The position numbers were made by a program, and so were the translations under genes. Under the pieces are notes generated by a model. It saw nothing but the letters and a program-made list of their open reading frames with translations, was not told the DNA's origin and made no database searches. 64,000 bases of DNA from Candidatus Bathyarchaeota archaeon (GTDB lineage: Archaea; Thermoproteota; Bathyarchaeia; Bathyarchaeales; Bathycorpusculaceae): assembly GCA_026414485.1 (NCBI GenBank), contig JAOAIX010000010.1:4371-68370 (forward strand), read 5' to 3'. This document shows positions 45,165-53,446 of the stretch, one piece after another (positions within the stretch are counted from its first letter, which is position 1; each line of letters opens with the position of its first letter).

Positions 45165-45827
45165 TTAATGATTGACTTTTTTGAACGCAGAAAAGACACC
45201 GTGACAGTCACATGATGTGCCCACTACAAACTTGTCTTTTGTTTTTGCCCAACTAAAGAAAGATTGGAGCTCCGCTCCCTTGAGTGCACCCATGCCTGGA
45301 GCCATGGAGTGACTCAGCAGGATGAACGCCTCTGGACTTGCATACTGCATCAATTTTGTCATAGTGCAGGGTTTTTTTATTCCGGAAGAAGGACAAGTTT
45401 CAGGCATAGAACAGTTGTCGACACATTCATGGTCTCGATTAAAGCTGAGAATAATTTTGCCTTTTCCCGCTATTAAAATTACGGAGTGTGGAAGTCGAGG
45501 CAGTATAGTGTTTATGGCTTCCCGCCACGGCACGAGTTGAAATTTAATTTGTGCCATATCTGCAGCTATGTGAACAGGCGCTGTAGGAAAAATATATTCA
45601 GGTTTTAATTTTTCTACAAGTTCAACAACCGTAGATAGATCACCGTGAAGAAAATATTCTCCTCGTTCGTCAAAGTTAACACTACTTTTAAGGTTAAACC
45701 TTTTAACCGCTTGACAGTTAGGGTCGGTATCGATGACCACGAAGTCTTCGTGGTTTTTTCTTAGGAGCTCTACGGCTTTGCAGCCGTATTTTCCGCCTCC
45801 GATGATTATATTCATTTTCCCACACAA
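45165..45827 (-). CDS. Rossmann-fold (GxGxxG) protein with Cys-rich C-terminal half, unknown function
   Basis: Likely start is ATG 45815 (MNIIIGGGKYGCKAVELL...VVIDTD). C-terminal Cys groups CVDNCSMPETCPSSGIKKPC and SCDCHG. Confidence 0.4.
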   Translation of the reverse strand: MCGKMNIIIGGGKYGCKAVELLRKNHEDFVVIDTDPNCQAVKRFNLKSSVNFDERGEYFLHGDLSTVVELVEKLKPEYIFPTAPVHIAADMAQIKFQLVPWREAINTILPRLPHSVILIAGKGKIILSFNRDHECVDNCSMPETCPSSGIKKPCTMTKLMQYASPEAFILLSHSMAPGMGALKGAELQSFFSWAKTKDKFVVGTSCDCHGVFSAFKKVNH

Positions 45828-45844
45828 GCGCAGCTTTTGCTGTC

Positions 45845-45863
45845 ATTGGATAGTTCGTCCAAC
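45845..45863. promoter_or_regulatory. Second copy of the TTGGATAG-N4-TCCAAC operator-like motif
   Basis: ATTGGATAGTTCGTCCAAC matches 15 of 19 positions of the btuF-proximal palindrome. Same placement just downstream of a TATA-like AAACTTTATCTT in the minus-strand promoter of ORF 45165..45827. Confidence 0.35.
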
Positions 45864-46015
45864 ATAGAAGATAAAGTTTCCGTAAAAGGTTTACAAGGAA
45901 AATTATTGGATGCGTTTTAGATTAGAAGTCGTTATATTCTTGATTAAATGAATTAGTAGCATTTGGATTGTCCTAGCATCTATAACAATAAATCGTCCCT
46001 TGCTTAACTACAGGT

Positions 46016-47233
46016 TTGTTTTACCCTAAAATTATAATAGTTTCTTTGCGGAGGAGATTAAGCAAGCTGAGCCCCATGACTCAAACAAAGCTCTGCATCG
46101 TTACACATACGTTTCTACCTCATGTTGGAGGTATAGAACGCGTTGTGTACGAACAAAGTAAAAGGCTTCTTAAACGGCAGTTTGAGCTCATGGTGCTAAC
46201 GCATAGGAATTATACTACTAAAAGTTACAACTACGATCATATACCAGTTCAATGTTACGAAGCTCTGAACATTGGTTTTAGACTTGGAATCCCCTATCCC
46301 ATTCCTAAAGTTTCCAGTTTTAGAACTTTTTTACAAGCAGTCAAATTAAACGATCTTGTTCACGCCCATGGACATCCTTATTTGTCATCTCTTGCCGCGG
46401 CCAAGCTGGCTAAGCGATACCGTAAGCCGTTTGTTCTAACACAACATAATACATTTATAGATTATAAGGGAATGTGGAACACGGTTGAGTGGTTAAACGA
46501 TGCTTTTGTAGGAAAAAAGGTTCTGAAAAGTGCAGATAAAATTGTTGCCGTGAGTAACGCAACCAAAAACTATGTTTTGAGTCTAGGAGCTGAAGCTGAA
46601 AAGATAGAAGTTGTTTACAACGGAGTTGATTTAGATCGCTTCAAGCTTTCCCCCGCTGCAAAAGAGAAAATCAGAAAAAAACACAACATACCATTCGAAG
46701 CCATTGTCGCGGTTACAGTGCGGCGTCTGGTTTACAAAAATGGAATTGACACTTTAATAGAAGCGGCAAAAACTGCATTAAGAATAAATAAAGACCTAGT
46801 TTTCTTGGTAATTGGGAAAGGCCCAGATTTTGTTGATATAAAAGCGAAAATTGAACAATTGGGGATTAGCCACAGATTTATACTTGCGGGTTTTGTACCT
46901 GATGAGGATTTACCAGATTATTATAACGCGGCAGATTTTTTTGTGCTACCATCCAAATCAGGGGAGGGTTTGCCGTTGGTAGCCCTAGAAGCCATGGCTT
47001 GTGGTTTACCACTACTAACTACAGATGTAGGGGGTATAAAAGAAATCATAATCAATGGTTACGGAAAACTGGTGCCGCCTAATATGCCCAAAAGTTTAGC
47101 GGAAGCAATCTTGGAATTTTCGACGTCTGTTACCACAATAGCTAAAGAAAAACTGAGAAATGAAGTTAAGAAGAGCTACGGTTGGGATGCAAACGTGGAC
47201 AAAATGGTTAAAATATACGAAGAATTTATTTAA
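46016..47233 (+). CDS. Glycosyltransferase family 4 (GT-B)
   Basis: Probable start is ATG 46076 (MTQTKLCIVTHTF...GGIERVV). C-terminal E..G.P..EAMACG.P motif. Confidence 0.8.
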   Translation: MFYPKIIIVSLRRRLSKLSPMTQTKLCIVTHTFLPHVGGIERVVYEQSKRLLKRQFELMVLTHRNYTTKSYNYDHIPVQCYEALNIGFRLGIPYPIPKVSSFRTFLQAVKLNDLVHAHGHPYLSSLAAAKLAKRYRKPFVLTQHNTFIDYKGMWNTVEWLNDAFVGKKVLKSADKIVAVSNATKNYVLSLGAEAEKIEVVYNGVDLDRFKLSPAAKEKIRKKHNIPFEAIVAVTVRRLVYKNGIDTLIEAAKTALRINKDLVFLVIGKGPDFVDIKAKIEQLGISHRFILAGFVPDEDLPDYYNAADFFVLPSKSGEGLPLVALEAMACGLPLLTTDVGGIKEIIINGYGKLVPPNMPKSLAEAILEFSTSVTTIAKEKLRNEVKKSYGWDANVDKMVKIYEEFI

Positions 47234-47282
47234 GGTTACATAAACTATATGTCCCTTCAATAAAAAACGGAAGCTGCAACGG

Positions 47283-47969
47283 TTGACGACGAAAGTAAAT
47301 ATGGTGTCGGTTGTAATTCCAACACTTAACGAAGCTGGGAACATCCGTGAAACTTTGGAAACTCTTGAAAAAGAGTTAAAGTACCCAAAAGAAATTATTG
47401 TTGTTGACGGCAACTCAACCGACGGCACGTTAGAAATTGCAAAGGACTCTAATTGTAGACTTATAGTCGAGCCGAGACGGGGTTATGGTCTTGCTCTTAG
47501 AGTAGGTATGAAACACGCCAAAGGCGACGTTGTAGTTATGGTCGACGGAGACGGAACCTATGAACTGAAGCACGTAAACCGTTTGCTTGAACGCATGATG
47601 GAAACCGACGCGGAGATGTGTTTGGCAACACGGATGTATGATCCAAACAAGGCTATGGGTTTGATGAATTTCATAGGTAACAAAATAATAACATTCTGTT
47701 TTAACATGCTTTACAAGCAGAACTTTAGTGATACTCAATCAGGATTTAGAGCTATATCGCGGGCAGCTTTAGAAAAATCAGAGTTCATTGAAACTGACAT
47801 GGCTTTTGCAACTGAGATGCTCATTAAATTCGCTAAGAAAGGCTTCCGTATGGTGGAAGTGCCGTCGTCTTACAAAGTCAGAAAATATGGTAAGCCCAAG
47901 CTTAGACCTTTTAAGTCAGGAATCGAGATTTTTGCGACTATGCTGAAGGGATTGAGAGTGAGAGCATAG
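47283..47969 (+). CDS. Glycosyltransferase family 2, dolichyl-phosphate hexose synthase-like
   Basis: VSVVIPTLNE, VVDGNSTDGT, MVDGDGT (DxD). Probable start is ATG 47301. Confidence 0.8.
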   Translation: MTTKVNMVSVVIPTLNEAGNIRETLETLEKELKYPKEIIVVDGNSTDGTLEIAKDSNCRLIVEPRRGYGLALRVGMKHAKGDVVVMVDGDGTYELKHVNRLLERMMETDAEMCLATRMYDPNKAMGLMNFIGNKIITFCFNMLYKQNFSDTQSGFRAISRAALEKSEFIETDMAFATEMLIKFAKKGFRMVEVPSSYKVRKYGKPKLRPFKSGIEIFATMLKGLRVRA

Positions 47970-48037
47970 GAAAAATAATTAAGAGGATAGCTCAAACACT
48001 CAGTTTAAAGGATGATAAAGACAGTTACGTAATTGCC

Positions 48038-48493
48038 GTGGCAGTTGCACTTCTGCTCTCTGCAGTTCTTTTGGGATATTACTACATCGCTGTTAGAACT
48101 CCAACGAAGGAGTATCTAACACTGTATTTGTTGAATACTCAGCGACGTGCTGAAGGGTACCCTGAATTGCTAGTTTTAGGCGAGAACAACACAATTAGCG
48201 TCTATGTCAATGTGGAGAACCACATGAACACATCTCATTTGTGTGAAGTTCAAATTAAAGTAACCAGAGATGTCAGCCCAATGTTTCCACTTAATACAAC
48301 TGCAATTCAAACATTTAGGGAAACTCTTCAAGTTGGAGCTAAATTAGAAAAGCTTACTACTGTTTCTTTGGATCAGATTGGGAATTTTTCCGTGGTTTTT
48401 GAGCTGTGGGTTCTCAACGAGTTGGGAGTCTTGGAGTTCAGCGGCGAATTTTGCGTTTTAAATGTCCGAGTTATAAATAGCACAGGCAACTAA
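48038..48493 (+). CDS. DUF1616-like membrane-anchored protein (short form)
   Basis: 151 aa. One TM helix, then EYLTLYLLN....AEGYPE.L..GENNTISVYVNVENHM, which resembles the DUF1616 extracellular part. It lacks the usual multi-TM N-terminus and may be truncated. Confidence 0.35.
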   Translation: MAVALLLSAVLLGYYYIAVRTPTKEYLTLYLLNTQRRAEGYPELLVLGENNTISVYVNVENHMNTSHLCEVQIKVTRDVSPMFPLNTTAIQTFRETLQVGAKLEKLTTVSLDQIGNFSVVFELWVLNELGVLEFSGEFCVLNVRVINSTGN

Positions 48494-49956
48494 GATTTCT
48501 GGTTTTTCTGTACATAGTTTTCTTCTGTGCTTATGCGGTGCACATTGTTGTAGGCACAGAATGGTATAATTTTCTTGTTTGGAGTCACGTAGTGAATTAC
48601 GCAACGGCGAACACGATTCACATCAAACGTGTAGGGATCCATGAATGCCATGCAACCCAGCAGGAAGATTCTTCTTCGTATTGGACCAAGGGATTGATAA
48701 GCTGGAGAGGCGAACATTTTCAGAATTGCTTTCATCAGTGTAAATATTCCAACTTCTTTAGTCACCAATAACATGTTCATTGCAAGTGTTGAAGAAATAA
48801 AAAGTGTTGCAAGCAAAGAAAATTTGCTTTGCTCATCCACGTTCTGAGCTGTTTTTAAGATTCCTCTGAAGAATTTGTCAAACCTGACAAAGTGGTTAAT
48901 TGGAATTATTTTTCCACTTCTGGACACGTACATCCAGTTGACAATTCCACAGTGAGGACTACAGGAGAAGAGAGGCCAAGGTTTTTTCATGAATTTGCGC
49001 ATTATCTTTATAGGAGAAGTCATCACGGAAAGAGGAAAGAAATCGGTAGCCTTTATTTCACCGTTTAATTGGCTTTCTACCTCTTCAGCGAAACGCCAAT
49101 CACGCCACGCCTCTTTGAAGGGGTTGTCAGTAGCCCTGCCTGTAAAAGCTATAGGCTGAAAAATTAATCCTCGAATTATATCTGAGTTTTTGGCGGCGAA
49201 TTTTATGATTTTCCCAACTTCTTGGTCGTTGAAACCTCGCATAAGTGTGGTGACAAGAATTATTTCCATGTCAAGTTGGCGGCAGACATCTATCGCTTGA
49301 TACTTGTATTTGAGAAGTTTTTTGCCACGTATTTTCTCATAGAAACTGTCATCAAAGCTGTCAAATTGAAGGTAAACTATGTTCAGACCACTCTGTTTGA
49401 GTTTAGCTGCCAAATTGGGATCTTGGGCTATGTGAATACCGTTAGTTGCAAGAATCGTCATAAATTTTAGTTTATGCGCAGCCGCAATAATTTCAGGCAT
49501 ATCTTCGCGTTCTAGAGGTTCTCCGCCCGAGAAGAGGATGGCAGGGGGCTTAGGGTTTCGCTGACTAAGGAAAGTCAACATCTCTACTAGTTCTTCTTTG
49601 GTGGGTTCATAGTCTACCATGTGATCGGAGAAAGTTGAGAAGCAGACGGCACATTTCAGGTCGCATTTTTTGGTGACGTCTATTACGCCGATGACTGTGC
49701 TTGAGACGTGACTGTTGCAGCTTTCGCAACTGGCAGGGCAGTCTTTGGGGCTGGCAGAGAAGTCTGATTCAGGGAAATATTTGAAGAAGTCATAATTTTC
49801 AGTAAAGTTGTAGATTGGTTGACTCTGCCAATGGGTAGCCACGAAATTACCATGCTCTTTGCATTGTTTGATAAGTACAATTTTGCCTTCTTTGGTGGTT
49901 AGTTGAGCATCGATTATTTTGTTGCATTCAGGGCAGATGCTTTGAGTTTTTTTCAA
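48490..49956 (-). CDS. Radical SAM protein of the MJ0619 / tetraether lipid synthase (Tes, GDGT-MAS) family
   Basis: 488 aa. N-terminal metal knuckle SICPECNKIIDAQL...GKIVLIKQCKEHGNF, radical SAM CDLKCAVC, GGEPL, and C-terminal FMDPYTFDVNRVRRCVIHYVTPNKKIIPFCAYN. From memory these features characterise the MJ0619 family. Confidence 0.6.
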   Translation of the reverse strand: MKKTQSICPECNKIIDAQLTTKEGKIVLIKQCKEHGNFVATHWQSQPIYNFTENYDFFKYFPESDFSASPKDCPASCESCNSHVSSTVIGVIDVTKKCDLKCAVCFSTFSDHMVDYEPTKEELVEMLTFLSQRNPKPPAILFSGGEPLEREDMPEIIAAAHKLKFMTILATNGIHIAQDPNLAAKLKQSGLNIVYLQFDSFDDSFYEKIRGKKLLKYKYQAIDVCRQLDMEIILVTTLMRGFNDQEVGKIIKFAAKNSDIIRGLIFQPIAFTGRATDNPFKEAWRDWRFAEEVESQLNGEIKATDFFPLSVMTSPIKIMRKFMKKPWPLFSCSPHCGIVNWMYVSRSGKIIPINHFVRFDKFFRGILKTAQNVDEQSKFSLLATLFISSTLAMNMLLVTKEVGIFTLMKAILKMFASPAYQSLGPIRRRIFLLGCMAFMDPYTFDVNRVRRCVIHYVTPNKKIIPFCAYNNVHRISTEENYVQKNQKS

Positions 49957-50831
49957 AGCAACCCCCCAATTGTAGTGGAGAGCGCTTCAATGATAAGCGA
50001 TAAAATCAGAAGCATCATAGACATGGTGACGAGGCGCTCATATTTTCGAACGTTAGCTATAATTGGTTCCAAAGTTACAAGGCGAAATGAGGAATAGAGG
50101 AGAAGTACACTCCAGCAAAGGATTAGGGGCAAATAGAATATTGAGAAGTTACCTATCAAATAGGGTAGGGGTGCCAAGACGCCGCAAAGTGTAAAGAAAA
50201 AGGCCGCTATTTTGACGGCGGCTTTGTCTCCTACTTTTAGGGGGAGGGTTGGATAACCGACTTTGGCGTCGCCCTCACGGCTGAGGATATCCCTCACGAC
50301 ATTACCGCCGATTGTTCCAAAAGCTATGGGGTATAAACTAAGAGAAATAAGTGTGATTGTGTTGAAAATTGTGGCTTCGCCATAAAGGAAAGCTGTGCCT
50401 GTGAGAAGCCCGACGAGTATATTGGCTACGAAACCTGATTTTTTCTTCACTATAGCAGAGTAAATGATAAGCAGTATAGAATCGATGAGGAGAATTATGA
50501 AGCTTAAGGTATTTATTAAAGCTGCAAGTACCAAACCGACAACGAAGAGGGTTACTGATATTGTGATGACTTGTTTTAGGGTCAGTACTCCCGAAGGTAA
50601 AGGACGCCGGGGTTTTATTATTGAGTCGCTTTCTCTGTCAAAATAGTCGTTAATGGAGAAGCCTCCTGATGTTATGAAAGACAGAGAAAGAAAAGATAAG
50701 AGCGCGGTTTGAATGTCTACTGAGCCTTTGGTTATAGCAAGAGATGTAAGCAGAGCGAGACCACCTGTCATCATCCAGTATGGCAATCTCAAAAGTGCAA
50801 TGAGACCTTTTAGTCGATGGTTGTTACTCAT
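49953..50831 (-). CDS. UbiA-family prenyltransferase, digeranylgeranylglyceryl-phosphate synthase-like
   Basis: 292 aa, ~8 TM. First Asp-rich motif NDYFDRESDSIIKPRRPLPSG. 4-nt overlaps with both neighbours. Confidence 0.75.
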   Translation of the reverse strand: MSNNHRLKGLIALLRLPYWMMTGGLALLTSLAITKGSVDIQTALLSFLSLSFITSGGFSINDYFDRESDSIIKPRRPLPSGVLTLKQVITISVTLFVVGLVLAALINTLSFIILLIDSILLIIYSAIVKKKSGFVANILVGLLTGTAFLYGEATIFNTITLISLSLYPIAFGTIGGNVVRDILSREGDAKVGYPTLPLKVGDKAAVKIAAFFFTLCGVLAPLPYLIGNFSIFYLPLILCWSVLLLYSSFRLVTLEPIIANVRKYERLVTMSMMLLILSLIIEALSTTIGGLL

Positions 50832-51757
50832 ATCAATTTCCTCTCTTTAACAAGAGTTTTTAAATGGTCTTCAAGCCTGATTTTTGGGGTCCATTTGAGC
50901 TCTGTTTTTGCTTTAGTTATGTCAAACCAAATGGTGTGGATGTCACCTTGCCATGAAACATTTGTTGTCGTGATTTTTGTTTTGCCCGTGAGCTTGAGGA
51001 TATCTAGTATAATATGTGCAAGCTCTATGATTTTGATTGTTTTTCCAAACCCCAAGTTGTAGACCTTGCCGATTGCGGTTTCATCTGTAGCTAACAGAAG
51101 GGCATCAACTATGTCGGCGACGTGCACGAAGTCGCGAGCCTGTTGACCTGTACCTATAATTTCAAGTTTGCTTGGATCTCTTTGAAGTTTTTCTAAAAAG
51201 TCGTTTATTACACCATGACAACGTGAGCCGTAGACGTTGGCAAACCTAAGAATTGTTATATTTAAGCCGTATTGCATGGCGTAGATTTGGCTGTATTGTT
51301 CCCCAACGACTTTGCTTAGACCATAGCAGCTGAAGGGATGAAAACCATATTCCTCCTGTGTGGGAAGTTGAGTCGGGTTGCCATATACTGCAGCACTAGA
51401 GGCAAATATGAAACGTGCTTTGTCTTTTCGGGCTTTTTCAAGCACGTTGAGAGTGCCATGGGCGTTGGTTTCGAAGTCTTCAGAAGGGTTTTCCATGCTA
51501 TAGGGAACTACAACTTGGGCTGCTAGGTGATAAATTATGTCAAATTGTGGCAGGTTAAGGAGAGTTTTTGTATCGAGGATGTCGCCTTTGACGAATTGGG
51601 CTTGGGGATTATCTTCCACGTTTTCGATTTTGCCGCTGGAAAGATTGTCATATATTGTTACGTTAGCACCCGCTTCGAGGAGTTTCTTGGTGAGGTGGTA
51701 ACCTATGAACCCGGCTCCGCCTGTAACTAGAATGTTTTTTTGTTTAAGTTGTGGCAT
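50828..51757 (-). CDS. NAD-dependent epimerase/dehydratase (extended SDR, GalE-like)
   Basis: 309 aa. VTGGAGFIGYHL, YGLSK (YxxxK) catalytic motif. Confidence 0.8.
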   Translation of the reverse strand: MPQLKQKNILVTGGAGFIGYHLTKKLLEAGANVTIYDNLSSGKIENVEDNPQAQFVKGDILDTKTLLNLPQFDIIYHLAAQVVVPYSMENPSEDFETNAHGTLNVLEKARKDKARFIFASSAAVYGNPTQLPTQEEYGFHPFSCYGLSKVVGEQYSQIYAMQYGLNITILRFANVYGSRCHGVINDFLEKLQRDPSKLEIIGTGQQARDFVHVADIVDALLLATDETAIGKVYNLGFGKTIKIIELAHIILDILKLTGKTKITTTNVSWQGDIHTIWFDITKAKTELKWTPKIRLEDHLKTLVKERKLI

Positions 51758-51789
51758 GGGCTTGAACTCACGATAAAGCCTATATCTTA

Positions 51790-52653
51790 TTGGATACAGT
51801 TTTAGTGTATATGTCGAAGGCGGATGCTATAAAAACTTTTAGGGATTTATTGTCTTTCTTAACTGTGGTGCCGTTGGCAAAGACGGACGAGTTCGTTTTC
51901 ACTTCGGCGCGAAATATGTGGCTGTTCCCTTTAATGGGAGGATTTATTGGAATTTGCAGTGCTGGTTATTTTTTAGGTGCCAGGTTCATCTTGAATTTTT
52001 TGGTTGACCTGCTCAATTTTATGGTTGTTTTGCATAATGAGTTATTAATTGGAATTTTAGGTGCAGTAATGACAATGGCATTTTTATTGGTGTTCACGGG
52101 GTTTCAGCATTTTGATGGATTAGTAGATTTAGGTAATGCCCTTGGTATTAAGCAACTTGAAGATAGAAAGGAGATAGCACACAGGTGGATCGTAACGACT
52201 AAAGGTGCATTTTTAGCGATCTTTGTAGAGTTGACTGCAGTGGTCGGCTTGTTTGTACTAAGCGGAGACGTGGGCATTGCGGTGCGGGCGTTAGTAGTAG
52301 CTGAAGTGGCGGCAAAGTTAGCTATGGTGACTATTGTTTGGCGTGGCAGGGCAGCTCACGAAGGGCTAGGGTCGCGGTTTATTAGTTACGCGAAGCGGAA
52401 ACTGAATTTTGTAGCCTACGGTACTGCCGTAGTTTTGGGGTTCATCTTGATGGGTATTGCAGGTGTACTTGCAATATTGGTATCGGCATTGTTTGGGTTT
52501 TTCATGATGCATGTTGGAAATCGTGTTTTTGGTGGTGTTTCAGGCGACATTATCGGCGCAACTAATGAAGGGACAAGAGCGCTAATTTTGGTTTTCGTTG
52601 CGTTGACTTGGGGTTTTTTTGCAGGGTTGTTTTGGGGAGGGATGGGAATTTGA
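51790..52653 (+). CDS. Second CobS-family protein (adenosylcobinamide-GDP ribazoletransferase paralog)
   Basis: SFLTVVPL, HFDGLVDLGNAL, GGVSGDIIGATNE. Probable start is ATG 51811 (the track start at 51790 is TTG). Confidence 0.7.
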   Translation: MDTVLVYMSKADAIKTFRDLLSFLTVVPLAKTDEFVFTSARNMWLFPLMGGFIGICSAGYFLGARFILNFLVDLLNFMVVLHNELLIGILGAVMTMAFLLVFTGFQHFDGLVDLGNALGIKQLEDRKEIAHRWIVTTKGAFLAIFVELTAVVGLFVLSGDVGIAVRALVVAEVAAKLAMVTIVWRGRAAHEGLGSRFISYAKRKLNFVAYGTAVVLGFILMGIAGVLAILVSALFGFFMMHVGNRVFGGVSGDIIGATNEGTRALILVFVALTWGFFAGLFWGGMGI

Positions 52654-53279
52654 AGATACCAGTTTTAGTCATGGCAGGCGGTAAAGGTAAACGGATAGGG
52701 TTACCTGTGGAAAAGCCTCTGTTACCGTTTCTAGGTAAACCGCTTGTGGACTGGGTGGTTGAAGCTGCCAAGTCAGCCAGCAAAGTTTCTGAAGTTTATG
52801 TGGTTACTAGCCCAAATACACCTGAAACGGAGAAGCGGTGCTACGTTAAAGGTTGGAAAATCCTGAGAACTGACGCTAAAGGTTACCATGCAGATTTGAA
52901 ACAGGCAACTTTAGAAGCAGGGTTGTTGAGCGCAGTGTTGACGGTCCCCGCGGATTTGCCTGCTGTAACTGGGGAATTTTTGGATAAGGTTGTTGGTACG
53001 TTTGAGACTTGCGGGATGGAATTTTTGGCGGTTTTTGTACCTATAGAGAAACGTGAAAAGTTAGGATTGTCTGTTTCCAGCATAGATGAATACAAAGGCG
53101 TTTGGTATTCAGTTTCAGGGGTTAATATCGTTAATGGAGCGAAAATTCAGGGGGAAGGCAAAATTGAAACTAGCGCAATTATAACAGATGAGGTGGAAGT
53201 TTTGCTTAATATTAATACTCTGAAGGATTTAGAAATTGCAGAGAAAATAATGAAGAGCGCAAATATAATTAGACTTTGA
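52608..53279 (+). CDS. Second CobY-like NTP-transferase-fold protein (guanylyltransferase paralog)
   Basis: LVMAGGKGKRIG loop and the same overall layout as cobY at 37831..38445 (LNINT..DL.IAEK at the C-terminus). Probable start is TTG 52650, overlapping the upstream TGA (TTGA overlap), or ATG 52671. Confidence 0.6.
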   Translation: MGFFCRVVLGRDGNLKIPVLVMAGGKGKRIGLPVEKPLLPFLGKPLVDWVVEAAKSASKVSEVYVVTSPNTPETEKRCYVKGWKILRTDAKGYHADLKQATLEAGLLSAVLTVPADLPAVTGEFLDKVVGTFETCGMEFLAVFVPIEKREKLGLSVSSIDEYKGVWYSVSGVNIVNGAKIQGEGKIETSAIITDEVEVLLNINTLKDLEIAEKIMKSANIIRL

Positions 53280-53446
53280 TTTGTTTGCATCCTTAACGTG
53301 AAGCGTCTCCCTTTGAAGTTATGTCTTGTAAAATATATAACAAACCTGTTCAGAATAGAATTTTTTATTTTCTTTTCAGGGAAATCTTTAACACTTTGCC
53401 ACAGCCATTTTAATACGATGTTTCGTTGCTTCAGGGGTAGCTACAA

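Noticed and set aside
53321-53413. 30-aa ORF (MSCKIYNKPVQNRIFYFLFREIFNTLPQPF) upstream of the SPASM radical SAM gene, considered as a RiPP precursor.
   Set aside because: It has only one Cys and no leader/core-like organisation. It contains the likely TATA box (AAATATATAA), and no similar peptide lies next to the paralogous SPASM gene. It cannot be excluded without conservation data.
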